DNA of 64,000 nt. Source: Chrysomallon squamiferum. Taxonomy: Eukaryota > Animalia > Mollusca. The stretch covers positions 29,264,001 through 29,328,000 of the forward strand of contig CM022673.1 in NCBI GenBank assembly GCA_012295275.1, read 5' to 3'. This document shows positions 41,910-57,144 of this stretch, piece after piece (positions within the stretch are counted from its first letter, which is position 1; each line of letters starts with the position of its first letter). The notes under the pieces were generated by a model, which did no database searches, was not told where the DNA came from, and saw only the letters and a program-made list of their open reading frames with translations. The position numbers and the translations under genes were made by a program.

Positions 41910-44236
41910 CTCTCTGTCTGTATGTCTGTCTTCCTGGAAACACAACACATTCGTGATCTTGCCAGCTTTTACGTGGAACTGATTCAAGATGTTAGTTCCC
42001 TGGGGAGTTCACAATTAAATGTTATAAATCAAATGGTAGAATGATTTCTAATCTGGTTCCGAAATGAAATTCCCAATTTGGACATAACTGTAACCATATG
42101 ATGGAAAAGAAATGTTAGAAGAAAAAAAACTGAGAATCAATATGAGTATTTTGGAAAGACTTTTTTCATTTTACTTGTTGTTGTTTTTTCTGAACTAATT
42201 GCTGTTTGCTTGTTTAACGTCTGCTCGATTAACGTCTGCTCGATACGTTGTTTGATGATGATGATGATGATGAAGATGATTATCATTATTAGCATCGTTT
42301 TCCCCTGGTTAATCGTCATACTTAATACGCGTTAGATTTGCATAACCGCCTTTATCCTCAAAGCGGCAACAAAAACAATTGGTTATGTCAACATGACCAA
42401 AACACAGAGAATTGTTATTGCAAAACAAAACGAAAAAAAAATAATAAAAGAGATAAACACTAGCGGATTATATATATATATATAAAAAAAATAATTAAAA
42501 AAATAAAACAAATTAATTCACTTTATAAAATCAATGTCTGTTAAATAACCTCACACAAGCACGTTACACTTAAGGGATTACGATTTGCCACAAACTTGTT
42601 CCATTTTCCGTGGGCGCCATTTTCTTTCTGCCACGATTGATCAGCTTCATCCTGTCCTCCCTCACTTCACAAGATCCACCAGGAACAACTAATAGCTTTT
42701 GTTATGGATATTTTCAGAGAAATCAATTTCATTTTAATCATGTTAAAAATGACCTGCTTAGCATTGCCTGCATCATTTATTACTCTAAATGATTTCTGCG
42801 GATATTGAAGTATTACGTCGGTGTTTCCACGAGGTGTGATAAGAAGTCAAAGATTAAACGAGAAAATAACGCGATTTCAGCCAAGTGACATGTTTACTGG
42901 CTCGATAGGACTTCAGATTAATCTCTTTCCATCACCGAGAGGTTTTTGTGGAGGCGAGTATGTGAAACAAAAGATGAATCAAACGCCCGCATTTAAGAAA
43001 ACGAGTTTGAATTTTTCGTCACAAAACGATAAAGCCCGTTACTTTATATATTAATTTATTATGGTTGAATTATAAAGCAATTTAAAGATTTTTTTTTTCT
43101 TATTTTAAGAAATCTCCAAATCAGTAAACAGAATGGTTCAGCATCAACTTTTTGTCATGACTGAGTTTACTGAAGGTTTTTCCGCACCAGAATTTTAGTG
43201 AATGTTTCTTGTAAATGCAGCATGTAAAAGTGATGTTTATAAAACAGATCACTGTCTGAGGAATGCAGGGGTGTCAGACATTCATGATTTGTTCTCTAGT
43301 ATTCTGATAAAACATTTCACAAAATATTGTCACATTTTCTCCTACTTTTCACACACCTGTGAATGAAGACTAAAACTTTCAGACTTTTGTATGTTTTAAC
43401 TGGTTTGCTGTTTGCTATTGTAGGTTTCTGTAGTAGTTGTTGTTGTTGTTGCAATTTTTATTCCTTTGCGGTTGTTGGTGCTTGGTTAGAGTGGTGGTAG
43501 TGTGTGTGTGTGTGTGTAATTTTATTATTATTTAATTTAATATCATCATTATCATTCTACTGAATCTTCTCCTTCATGTTACTGGCCTTTTGCCGTAACG
43601 AGTTAATAGAAAAATATAAATCTGTCTTTCACACACTTCAATTATTAAATAACAGTTCTCTTCGCGTTAGCACCTGTGGTCTCTTAATTCGCCCAGCACG
43701 TAACAAGTACAAAACCAATCAGCGATTTCTCCAACCAGAAGCCAAGGAACACGCCAAAATGAGACTAAAACAATTATTTCGCAATTCTTAGTGAAATTCT
43801 GATGAACAAATTATCTTAATCGAATTTTGTACGCTTTTATCGCTCGGTGGTCCAGACTCTTTCTTTGTGAAGTGAAATATGATATAAAGATTTCCAGACT
43901 CCGCGATGTGGAGAAGATGTCGTGAAAAGTGTTCGGTTGCAAGACGTACAGACGTACAGATGTTTTATTGCGAGACGTACAGACGTACAGATGTTTTATT
44001 GCGTAAAACCTCGCAGTGGTGAGTTTTCTAATAGTCAGTAGCTGAAGTTCACGTTTTAAGGCGGGTACAAATCACGACTGGTTACAGAAACAAAAATTTA
44101 TTCATAATAATAATTTCTGTTGAAGGCCAATTTGTTCCGAGTGGTGTGGGAGAGAGTGGTTTTAGTTTATTTTTATTATTTAATATATATATTTTTTTAA
44201 TTTGATTCCTAATTCTTCTGAATTATTATTATTATT

Positions 44237-44275
<39 letters not shown>

Positions 44276-44809
44276 AGATATGTAGAAGTTGTAGCAAAAA
44301 CAGCAGTGTAACAGTAGTAGCAGCAGCAGTAATGGCTTGTACTCATTAACGTAATAGTGTTACTAGTAATAGTTATAATAGTAACAATAACAGTAGCAAG
44401 TTTTTAATACTGCAGGTTAAACAATTAATTATAACGCTACATGAAATTCAAATTAAATTAAATATATTTTTTATACTAAATGAGATTTAAAAAAGAAATG
44501 TTTTTATGCACTCGAACACTGATAGCTTGAAGCACTCTTTTTCTCCGACATTTAACGAAAACTTCAGCCATTGCCTCTTTCTTTTGCAGAAAGCTTCAGT
44601 AATCAAATTTGATTCCAGAACCAAGGTTTACCTTGCAGGCTTCGTCTGACCTGTGTTTGCAAAGGACATACATCTGGACTAAGACTCGTAGTTTGCCTTC
44701 GTCGATTAGTGAAGTGTGTATACACAGAAAGAAACGAAACCAAGAAGGATACTAGGAACTATAGCAGGATGAATTTATATTAACATTATTGTAGCATTAC
44801 TCTGCATTG

Positions 44810-45265
44810 TCCAACTTCGTTAACAAAAATTTACATTACCCAACTGTTTTAGTATTTTTTCATATTACCGAAATGTCTTAACATTAATTTAAATTATCGA
44901 ACAGTTGAAACATTAATTAATATCACCGATCTTTTGTACCATGACTTCACATTTGCATTTCCAACTGTATTACAATATTATACACTGCCAAAGTATTGCA
45001 AAATTAATTTACGTTACCAAACCATTGTAATATATATTTACCGAATTACTGCAAAATTAATTTAACATTATTTAGATTATCAAACTATATTAATTATTAA
45101 TTTAATAACTATTGTAACATGAATTTACATTACGGAATTATTCTAACATGAATATGCATCGCTTGTTTTACTGAAATATTGTAAAATAAAATAACATTAT
45201 GTAATTGCTGTAATATGAACGTATATTATCTATAATTAATGAACTGTTGTAAAATGAATTTGCTT
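44810..45265. repeat. Old, highly degenerate ~29-bp AT-rich tandem repeat
   Basis: Recurring aa(a/c)attaatttacattacc(g/a)aa(c)t(g/a)ttgt motif. Confidence 0.6.
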
Positions 45266-45977
45266 TGTTTATTTTACGGAGCTACTGTAGCAGAAGTTTA
45301 CATTTCGTAGCACTGGTCCTAGGACGATCGTAAATAAAAACGGTGGAATTACAGTGAAAACACAAGACGCAATCATGAATGCTTGTCATGAAGTTTATGC
45401 TTTTAATTACTGCAGGTAACTAGAGACTTCAGTCATTATCTTGTCTGCTGCTTGAAATAAAATATTCAGTTATTTGTCAAATGTTTATTTTATTGTCGAG
45501 TGGGTGCGTGGCAGATCAGTCTGTTTCATGATAGACCGTTCAAAATAAAATAATTACCATGTACATTCCAGTAAATAAATCACAGGCCTAGTTTATTATT
45601 TTTATTCTTATTGCTTTATTTTATTATTGACCTTATCTCTGAAATCCTAAATTTATCTAAGCAGGATGATATATGGCAGTCCTTGAAATAGAACAAAGCA
45701 CAATCAGGAAAAAACCACCTAATCACGTATAATATTCTATACCGAAGAGTCAGTATTATTTATGAACTGTTAAAAAAAAAAATCTTATTCTCTACTCATT
45801 TTCTATTTTCCACATCTACTTCCCACCTCCTCACTTATACTTAAAAGCAAGGAGAACAAAAAAAAGAGAGGAAAAAAAATGAGAGTTAGCTTCATCAACC
45901 AGCCTCATTTTAAAACTTGCTTGCTGCCATCTCGGTTGACTGCCTTTCTAGTGAAACATCCACTTCGACTTGAGCTG

Positions 45978-46194
45978 CAGCGGCCCTGAAACAGATGATT
46001 ACAGTCCGTGAGAAGACAGAGTTCTGTCCCAGCGGCCCTGAAACAAATTATTACAGTCCGTGAGAAGACAGAGTTCTCTCCCAGCGGCCCTGAAACAAAT
46101 GATTACAGTCCGTGAGAAGAAAGATTTCTCTATCAGCGGCCCTGAAACAGATGATTACAGTCTGTGAGAAGACAGAGTTCTCTCCCAGCGGCCC
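45978..46194. repeat. 52-bp minisatellite, 4 units plus a partial
   Basis: cagcggccctgaaacagatgattacagtccgtgagaagacagagttct(g/c)tcc starts at 45978, 46030, 46082, 46134 and 46186. Confidence 0.95.
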
Positions 46195-46495
46195 ACCACG
46201 TCTTCGAGTCGTAGACTGTCCAAGTCTTCACGAAACAAAGAGTTAAAGGAAGGGACGTAACTGTGATTAGAAAGTGGTTTCGCTGAGGAAATGAGCCTTG
46301 TGGTTTTTTTCAAGGAAACTGTTTCTGTTTTATCCATTCACAGAGTCAATAAGCAGCCAGCTGCGTCAAAGCTATCAAGACCGATCTTTCTGATTTCTCG
46401 CAACGACTGCATATTTAATTTTACTTTATCCTGTTCTCTTGTGTGCCTGATCAATGGCTAGCACTGATACTCGGTTACAATAATACGAAAATAGC

Positions 46496-46543
<48 letters not shown>

Positions 46544-47587
46544 TATAATTATAATAATAACAACAGTAACAATAATAACAACAGTAACAATAATAATAAC
46601 AGTAATGATATGAATATCAACAATAGCAGCAACAATGACAATAACAACTATTTTAATTTTAATTTTCCACGTTTCAAAAGATATTAGTATGACAGCTATT
46701 ATTCCTAATAAGAAAAACGGTTCTTTTTTAAAGTTTTTTCCTTCTCTCTGTCTCTTCATTAAAACAAATTTCTGATTTGTATGTAGTGTATGTGCTGCGT
46801 CGTACGAAGGGTTGCCTCGTTAGAACGAGAGAGCCTGGCGGATTTCAGCCGAAGCTATCGAGTTTGCTGTTCCAAATGCACACTTAAACAATTACATAAA
46901 GTGTTTGATAAAGTCCATCAAGTGTAAATCTCTCAGTTAATTTCTCGTTGTGTGCTAATGAGAGTTTAATACGTCCCACCTTTTGATGATTATCTTGAAA
47001 ATGACCGTGAATTATAAATAATCGTTTTCCTTATATCTTTCTGTTTGCTTGTCCAGGCATGTAAACAGTGAGGATCAGGGAATAATCATTAAAGACCGAT
47101 TGTGAATCGCAGTACACCAAAGTCAGTAAGAAAAAGCAAAATGCATTAAATTTACTAAAGATAGTCACCTTTCATTGCCAGACAACATCAGTTCTGTGTA
47201 AGTTATTATAATTATCTTTTATGCGCACGCACTCACACACACACACACAGATACACATATATATAAAGAAAACAAATACAAATCAGCTCCATATACATAT
47301 ATACACACACATAAAATCTAACTGCATATTATTCAGGATATTATGTTCTGTACCTAAGGTGAACAGTCCCCCGGTAGCTCATTGTCAGGTGTGAGTTTCC
47401 CGTATTAGCCACTCTGAGGTGGGGGTGTCATCACTCACCAGGTGACTCACTGTCGCTGCTTTTTAGATACAATTTTTTTTTAATTAATTATGAAATATTT
47501 TTATGAGATTAGTTGGTGAGGAATGATACCAGAATTTTGTTCAAAGTATATGACACAGTGAAATGATTTTAAAATATTTTAAAGCAT

Positions 47588-47631
<44 letters not shown>

Positions 47632-50600
47632 TTACTTTATTTATTTTCCTACTGACATTCTTCTCATTTATTTATTTGTTGTTTATTTATTTTTATTTAT
47701 TTATTTTTGGTTATTTGAATCAGTTTCACATAATTTACAAGTATTATTAATTAATTTATATATATCTATCCCTTTCTTCTTTACTTTCTTATTTTTTATT
47801 ATAACAAAAATGCATTTATTTATTTATTTAGTGAAGAATCGTTAAGACTATTTTTATTATGAATAAAATATATATTGTTTAATCTATGAATTCAATACGA
47901 TGAACAAAAACATATTTCTTTCGTGTCACCAAATATAAGTAAATTTCTTGCATCATATACTATATATAGATTTAGATGCGTAGGCCGAAATACAAAAATA
48001 CAAAAATAATTTGGACGCAGATTTATACGGTTCATCAAAAATAAAAGAAATCGGATATATAAAGATATAAGCATATATGCCAAGTTTGATAAAAGAATCC
48101 TAGATGCCAATTTTAAACTTTAAAATCCGATGTTGAAAGTTTCAAAGACACAGTTGAGGTGAAGGCAAAGTCAGAGCTTACAGCTTAATTGTTCTTCTAC
48201 CTTCATACCAATCACAACACTAAATATAAGTTAAGAAAAATCAATTAAAAATAATTATAAACAATTATCTGTAATCTGTAGTAGCTCGTTATTTATATTA
48301 ATTGCCCATATTATCGCTTTACGTCACCTGCACAAACATCTAAACCACCCCTCTACACACCCGGTCATCCTTTCACATTCACGTGCATACCCACTATCCT
48401 AACACACATATCCGCACACACGCACACACCCTTTCACACACTCCTGTATACACCCATCCTCTCAGTCTAACACACAAACACATACACCCTTCCCTGCTTT
48501 AATATTAGCACGAATAAAACAGAACATTAATATTATACTCTATCAGAAAAGGAGATAGTTATAGAAGGTACAAAGAAAATAAAAATACGAAAGTAAGAGT
48601 GAATAATTCTGTCTTGTAATGAAACTCTTTAGAGTTATACGCACATAAACACACAAAATCTCATACCCACACACACATGTACACTTCATTTGTTTTGTTA
48701 AATTTTGCTTGTCGAAGAGTATTATTTTAAATTTAAATCTTATAAATCAGTAAACAGCGTGACAAAACAAGTAATTTTCTGTTTATATTTGTGTCTATAA
48801 CTGCTACTACTAATAATAATAACAACAACAACAACAACAGTAATATTACTGGTAGTAGTAGTAGTAGCAGCAGAAGCAGTGGTTAGTAGAGGTGCTGATG
48901 AAAGTTGTAATTTTTTTTTTCAATTCCTACGACATGATTCAATCCATTACAACCCAAAATGGTTTTGCGCAGCAGAGAGATCAATTACTGTACAAACCGG
49001 TCTTTTCTTCTTTGAATCTGCGTCCGGTTCAGTCTGCGTTCTTTTCACAACATTAAATACAGCAGGATGGGATTTGAAATTTTGCCTGTTTACACAGAAA
49101 TTAAGTCTAGACAAACGCCGGTTTGCACAGACCAAGTCGAAGTCGTGTTTGAAGGATATAAATCAGTAGGCGAATTAACGACTGGCTTTTTTGTCGAACT
49201 TCTAAAACTGTTTTTGTGTTTGTTTACTAAATTAAGAAATTAATCCAAACAGAAGAATGTAAAGTAAGATTAATTTCGTGAACCTATGTTGGGTTCGTGC
49301 ACGTTTTCATGGTCAGAGGGAAATCAAATCTGTTAACGATGTCAGCATAACTTTAGAAACACTCATGGTATTTGTATTATTACTGCTACTACTACTACTA
49401 TTATTATTACTACTGCTGCTACTACAACAACTACTACTACTATTGAAGATAAAAGTACTAAAACTACTACTACTACTACTATACAGTTATTAGTAGTATT
49501 ATATTAGTATTAGTATTTATTTGTTCATTCATTCGTCCATTCATGTATTTATTTTATTTATTTTCGTTTACATCAGTCTTTTATTTATTATACAGCAATG
49601 CCTAAGAATGAACAGCACATTTAAAAAAAATAATAAAATAACTTCTTCTTCAATCAGCTACAATAAATTATTAACAAAATGGCCTCTCATATTTTCATTA
49701 AAGCTTCATTAAGAGGCCAGAAACTGCATTTGCATGTGACGCTTATACATTCAGAGCATGAACGGTTTCAAAACGAAGCAATCACAGTTTAACAAGGAAA
49801 TATCGGCGGGATTAACTTGTGGTATTATTTTCTGCAAAGTGAGCCATTTAAAAGACAAAGTGCCGCAGAAGTGAAATCTCTTCGTAACTGCTTCCTCGTT
49901 GATGCATCGCAGACTGCAGTTTCTGACGACCGTATGAGAAAATAATTCGCTCATTTTGGAATAGAGATTTTGTGATTAGATAACTCCAGTGGAACAGTGA
50001 ATTCAGACGCTTGATTTACGATCAGGTCTGGATTCCGTTCGGAGGAGCGGAAAATCAAGCGAAACAAAACAAGAGATATTTATTGTCAGCGGCGTAATCT
50101 GATTAGCAGAGAAATACATATTTGCTGTACAGCAGGACAGAGATGCAAACACACAGACACACAGATACCGATGCAAATAGACGAGAATGCAGATAGACAG
50201 TCAAAATACAAATGCACAGATACAAAGATACCGATGCAGATAGACTGGATGATATACTGTCAAACAGACAGAACGACAGACAGATGGCAAATAAGGAAAA
50301 AAGAAAAAATATATAGAAGGAAAGATTGACAGAAAGAAGGACGGACTGAAAGTCCGGAATTGAGAAAGAATGAAAAGGACGAAAGAGATACACAAACAGT
50401 TATACACAGAGAGACAGACAGACAGATAGACATACAGACATACAGACAGACAGATAGACATACAGATATATAAATTGAGGCAGAAGGGTAAAAAAGAGAC
50501 AGTCTGGATCACTGACTCATCACTATAACAAAATAAACAATTTATGACAGAGAACTTGTTTCACAAACATACGTGTTAGATTTTATATCCACATACATTA

Positions 50601-50694
50601 TTAAAATGTTTAATTTACTGATTACCTATCTTTTCTTCTTTTCAGTCAGATTTTGTTTTTGCTTGCTGCATTTTTATTATTGTAATTTTAATTT

Positions 50695-50733
<39 letters not shown>

Positions 50734-51874
50734 TTTCTGTATTAAAAATTCTAATCACATTCAGAAACTTTTATAGAACAACGTGTCAAATCACAACCAG
50801 CGTAACAGAGAATTTTTAGTAGTCACATCTTGTTAATTTTATTAATCAATTAATAACAACTCTGTAGTATAATTATTATAGAAATAACTATACTATTAGT
50901 TGTACAATTTATGACAATAAAATAATTCCCAATGTTATTTAATATGCAAACCTACCACCAGTTATTTAATTAGCGTTTTCTATCTTGTGTATGAACGTGA
51001 GAAAAGAAATGTATGAAGGGATTAGGTTAGATAAATATTTACTCGGGATAGGTCAATGTACAGGACAAAAATTTAGTTTTAGAAAAAAATAATAATAATA
51101 ATAATGCGTTGGTGTAGATGTTGTTTTAAATGGATAATAAATAATGGTACTGAGAGTCAAAAACATTGCTGTCTGATAAAAGATCAGTTGTTTTCGTTTT
51201 TAGAAGTATTTATTTGTTTTACAGTTTTTGCTGGAAGCAAAATGTTCGTAATTTAAAAAGCTAGTAAGAACAGATATAACACCAGTGTAATTCTTGTTTT
51301 AGTTCAGTAGCAGTGAACTCAGGTCAAGGTAATGAATTCTTTTTAAAACCTGAAAATAGTCAGATTACTCGAACGATAAACATCGTTGTTCAAGGCAGTT
51401 AATTTGTGAATGAATGCGCACGAAAACAATACCGTAGTGATGCTGAATTTATCACAATAAAAACAGCAGCAACGACAACGGTAACATCAGCAACAACAAC
51501 AACAGCAACGTCAACGGTAACATCAGCAACAACAACAACAATAACAACAACACTAATAATGATAGTAATAATAGTTATTGTAATTGTCCTTTGACTGTTT
51601 GTTAATACAAAGCTGTTTTAATAAAACTAACGAACGTTCATCACAAATGGTTAACAAATTATAAAATGCAATGCAAGGGAAGCAACTAAAACAAATGCTG
51701 AGCACAAAAATGCCAAAAAGAGTGGGCGTCAGCTGAGTTTCCAGTTTAAAAACCCTTACTAGTTAATCAAATACAGATTTCCATCTTGAGTAGACGGGTG
51801 AATTTTCTTATCTAAAGATCATCCAAACTGAGGCTGGGACATCGTTTAAGGAGAACAAGCACATACTGTGCCAA

Positions 51875-52295
51875 AAAGAATGCTAATAATGTCTTACATA
51901 AATTTAAAATTTATAATGATAAACTTCTTGTTGAAACTGGACGATGGCTTAATATGCTAAGAGAAAATAAAAAATGTCATATTTAATCTTGACATAACTG
52001 GAGAGGAATATCATTATATATTTGAATGTAATGATCCTTTATTAAAAGCGAGAAAAGGCATATCAGAAAAATATATGAGACATCCAAGTATAATTTCATA
52101 TAATAATTTGTTTAACAGTAAAAATATATTTGTATTGAAAAAGCTATGTTTGTTAATAAGAACTATATGTGAGAGAGTATGCCCTCCATGTTAAACGTTC
52201 ATGCATTTTAAATTTAATTTTGTTTCTATATATCTGTAATACATTCTTCTCTGTACTGTAATCCTACAGTTTATGAGAATAAAGTCATTGCCACT
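51875..52295 (+). mobile_element. 5'-truncated, decayed CR1/L2-group LINE 3' end
   Basis: Translation HKFKIYNDKLLVETGRWLNMLRENKKCHI* / (frameshift) DITGEEYHYIFEC...YMRHPS...NLFNSKN...LKKLCLLIRTICERVCPPC* (stop 52192-52194). It matches the ORF2 C-terminal pattern KFR..NH.L..ETGRW....R..R.C..C...DEYHY+F.C (CCHC knuckle). AATAAA at 52278-52283 and a gtcatt tail remnant follow. Confidence 0.8.
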
Positions 52296-55273
52296 GTGTG
52301 TTTTGTGTGTTTTGTCAGATTTGCTGCGGCCATCATGATGATGATGATGATGATGACGATGATTATGATGATGAGTTAGCCAGTGGAGCGAAGTGACATA
52401 GCTAATGAGTGGTTATCACCAAGTATTTAAACGACTTCTTGTGTTGGGCTAACGTTGTAGGCCTAATAATTTATTGAGGGACTTGCTGTCCATTTTTATA
52501 CAACAGAAAACACGTTATACCTCTGTGTTTGAAATGTTTTTATTTTTTAATTTTTTATTTTCATTCAGTATGTGTCATTATTCTGCTCTCGTAGCCAGCA
52601 CAATACATTTAAGCTAAGAGAGTTCTGTTGTCATGAAAATGAGGATCAACTCAAGCAGTAATATTTCCCATTATAACAAACATAATGATTGTAGGTAAGC
52701 CATTAATAAACAATAAAAATCGAATAAATGATAACAATAAAGCGAAAAATGACTCTTCTGTTGCAGTTTCTGAAGCCATCGTCATAACTGATAAACAAAC
52801 TGTAACAGTGGGTGCTGTTTTTTTAAAGATGTTATCTCACTTAGACATTCTTAATTTCCTTTTTTCTTTATGTATATAGAGATGTGTCTGTGCGTGTGTG
52901 TGTGTGTGTGCGTGTGTGTGAGTGTTTGTGTTGTAACTAAAAACTTATGTAAATAAGGAAATGGTATTAAGAAAATAATATGAATAAATAACTAAAAATA
53001 AATAATAAAAGACAGTTGCATTAGAAACAATGACAAATATGCTGCCTGCGTTTCAATCGCGGCTTCACTGTGTAAATCGAGGGAGGGGTTTCGTTTATTT
53101 ACTTTTGCAACTTTTTATCAGAAACATTTCAATCGATAACGTTTTGACAAAATATGATTTGTATATGGGAAGGTAAATTCTTAAATTTCCTGTTTGCTGT
53201 GCACGACAGAAGCAGTAAGTTTCGCTTCTCAGTTTTGATCATTATCAAAACACTGCAGTGTAATCAGACCTAGCTACAGTATGATTAGCATGCACCGAGA
53301 TACTGTAAACAAAATAAAACAGATATTACAAACTATCATTACATTCAGATACAAAATTAAATATATATATGGGAGTAGCAGTAGCTTCTGTTTCTCTTCT
53401 TCCTTTTTTTTAATTAAATCAAAATTTAGTCCGTCTTTTGAAACAGTACTAGTGTAGGAGGATTTATCTTTTAAATTTTTAGTACCAACTCGAATACTGT
53501 GTCATATATCTTTTATGAGCCACGTTGAGAATTAATTTGGTCTTTCGTCCCTCTTGGGAGGTTTTTACTCATCCCCCATTTTCTTTCTTGCTGTTCTGCC
53601 ACCAACGCTGCCGACTGTTTCATTCATTAAAACTTGCCAAGTAAGCGAAAACGCAACGCAGACTTCATTAACAACATTCTTAATTACACGACTTGCAGCT
53701 GCTTTCAACTTAACAATGCCCCGAGTTTGACTCTTTGCTTAAGACAGATTTATGAAAACGAACGTTCAATCAATGGACGGTAAGTATTAATTTTTATGTC
53801 ATCAGCTTGAAGAGGTGGTTCTGGGAATACGGCTCCTGAAGTTCGGTTAAATATGGATCCAACTCATGTAATCCATCAAGTGTTCCGTTCAACGTCTGAC
53901 AACTTGTGTTGAGCCATATGTGATTGGACAGTAGAAAAAGTGTAAACTGTATTGAAATTATTTGGGTGGGTTGTTGTTGTTTTTGCGTTTTTATTTATTT
54001 TATATATATATATAAATATATACCACTCAAAACCGGATTTACTTTGGGACCAATGCCCTTTTAGACATGTCGGTTTAAAAAGATTAAAATGACGTGAAAC
54101 TGGAATGTATTTTAATTACAAATGTTACAGATAAACGTCTAATCGAGTGTCAGCTAAGAAATAGTCTGTCATTGATAGTTGGTTTTGTTTTTTATTTTAT
54201 TGTTGTTGTTTTCTTATTATTTATTTTGAAAGCAAACGTCTGTCATGACCTCCATGTTTTAACTGTCGACGATGGTTTCTACGTTTTAAAATGTAAGATC
54301 TTTACACAGCGAGTTTGTTACGTTTTAAAATGTAAGATACTTTACATAGCGAGTTTGTTACGTTGCTGTTTTTTAGTTCGCTCTACCACTGCGACGAGTT
54401 TAGTAGACAATGCAAAATAATCTATTCATGAATTTCCTAGATTTTAACCAGATATTTCCGAAATAGACGTCCGTTAAATGTTGCGTCGAAAATATGAAAA
54501 TAATTTAAGCTTCTGATAATACTATACTTTTCTAGCCAAATTACGTATAGTGTGGTAAGAGTAACGAAAATCAGATAAAAACAATAACCCGGAGAATGAC
54601 TTGAAGCAAAAAAACAAAGACTGCAATAAAATATGCATACAACGTTAAAAGAACTTCCAGTTACGTAATTACGGTGAATGTGTCGTATTAAAAAAACGTC
54701 GTATTAAAGATGAGATACGGTAATGAACGCTATGGGAAGACTTGCGCACTTTAAATTGTAGTCTGTGCATTAATATCACATCGAGGCTAGTTTTGAACTT
54801 TGACATCGCTTTGTTCTGTTGCGCGTGAACTTCGTGAAAAACTGGGTGACTGAGACTTTGACATTACAAGCTTAAAATAAATCTGAATTTACAAAAGAAA
54901 AGAAGAAAAAATGTTGCATGCAAAATATGCTTGACTTTACAAAGTTCCAGACGCCGTAATCAAAGTAGGTGAACCACTTTTCATCGATTTATTCGCACTT
55001 TGCACTTTTATAATTGTATGAGTGGCTCGACGTATTTCCACATGCTTATTATAATCATTTAAAAAAAAAGTAATAAAAAAATAGACGATGAAAGACAAAT
55101 GGAATCACATACAGCAAGTGGTAGAACTAAATTGGTTTCTTCAATATATCCAGTATTAATAACAAAAGCTATATATATATATAGATAGATATAGATACAC
55201 AGATATATTTTTAGTTATACTTTCATCGATAGTATGTTTCACTGCGTAAAAAATATTTACGCAAAAAAGAAGA

Positions 55274-55314
<41 letters not shown>

Positions 55315-56847
55315 AAGATTTACAAGTTTCAGATTTGTAACAAACAACGTAAGAATCTTAAAACTTTTTTTAAAAACAATTAAAAATACTAATTTCATTA
55401 AAACTTCGCAGTCCTACATACACAGCCCGGTTACTTAGGAGCCAATGTATGAGTGTGAGTAACAGCGCGCGTGTGAAATTAGCTTACTAACGAAATTCGT
55501 GTGTTGTGATTAGAACTGCGTATCGTCTGTTCATGATGCGTTCAGCTGCTGTTTGTTCAATTTTTTATTTATTTATTTTAATGTAGAAGATGAAAAAGAT
55601 ACACACATCTGGCAGAAAGTGAGAATTTTGTGTCATAAATATATAAAAACCTTTGCTTACTTTTACCAAACCTTCTGCAAATAATTCTAATTATAATATA
55701 GTGACAACAAACATAGATCCTATCCTTTTCTTCTTATTATTGAAGTTAGTTTCGAAATACTGTACAACCAGTTATATATCCTCTGACATACGTATGTCTT
55801 GACAACAGTTTCATAGCACATACTTTGTAATATTAAAGTAAAATAATGTATAATGACCAAGCGAATAAAGATCAATTCATTACATAAGATTTCACAAAAT
55901 TCCAACAAGCTTTGTCCTTTTAAAGAAATCAGCTGAGAGTTCAAAGACCGTTCAAAGCTCGCGGAAGTGAGCAGAATTATTTAGCGCGCATGCTCAAGAC
56001 TCAGTATACAGAAAAATCAACAAATCAACATTACTCGGTGGACTACTTTTTGCAGCCAATATATGTTTTCCTGTCTATGAGAAGGTATAGATAGATAGAT
56101 ATCGCTGCTGTTGATTGCTCATCTCAGCCGACGAAATTACGACAGTGCAGTTCCTTTTATATCGGTGTCATTCGCAAATAATAGTAACAATATCAATGAT
56201 GATGATGATAACAAAACAACAATAACAATAAGACAATTTGATACTATATAATTGAATAAAATTTACTGTAGATAGATGGACGGAAGGATAAAACTAGAAT
56301 TTTATTCTTTCCTTATTTTACGATTTCAGACTGAGCATGTACATACTAGTTTTCTGGATACGTAGCAATAAAAATACTAATTTTATAGACAGGTTTCTAC
56401 ATAGTTTTAGAATTCACATACAAATAGTAATGTTTTAAAGACAAACATATAAATATAGCTTGTTTTTTGATAAATGTAAATTTTTTAGATATACATCTAA
56501 ATTAATAGATGCCTCTAAATATCAGTTTTATAGATGCACGTGTAAGTATGAATTATCTTTTAATTTTAAAACATCTTCATCTTCAGACATAAAGTTTTTT
56601 CTCTATTTATTCAAACCTAATCACAAAAATAAAATTTATTTTTACCCTCGGCGATGCTTCTAATCGTAACCCTAAAATTATTTTGCCCATTAACATAACA
56701 CTGATAATAAAATTTAAATAACTGTAACCCTAGCCCACTTTCTAAACCTTATCCCACCCTAGTCCCCAACCTTAATTATTACGTTAACGCTATTTCTAAT
56801 CGTGATCCTAAAATTATCAAAACACTCATAACAAAATTTACCTAAAA

Positions 56848-57011
56848 AACCCTAACCCTAACCCTAATCGTAATCCTAGACCTAGACCTAGACCTAGACC
56901 TAGACCTAACCCTAACCCTAACCCTAACCCTAACCCTATCATTAAACTCATTATAATTTTTAAATAACCCTAACCCTTACCCTTACCCTTACCCTTACCC
57001 TAACCTTAACC
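56848..57011. repeat. Interstitial telomere-like tract: (CCCTAA)n with (CCTAGA)n and (CCCTTA)n variant blocks
   Basis: Seen directly: aaccctaaccctaaccctaa..cctagacctagacctaga..cctaaccctaaccctaa..cccttacccttacccttac. Confidence 0.9.
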
Positions 57012-57109
57012 GTCTTTAAATCGTGATTATTAATTTTTTTTAATATATTTTTTATTGTAATATTTATTTATTAAACGCCATCAGTATTGTATATAATGCA
57101 TATAATCAT

Positions 57110-57144
<35 letters not shown>

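Noticed and set aside
45978-46194. Resemblance of the 52-bp unit (gatga..gtccgtgag..gac) to a hammerhead ribozyme stem II
   Set aside because: The core reads CAGAUGA rather than CUGANGA, and there is no GAAA after the stem or matching stems I and III.
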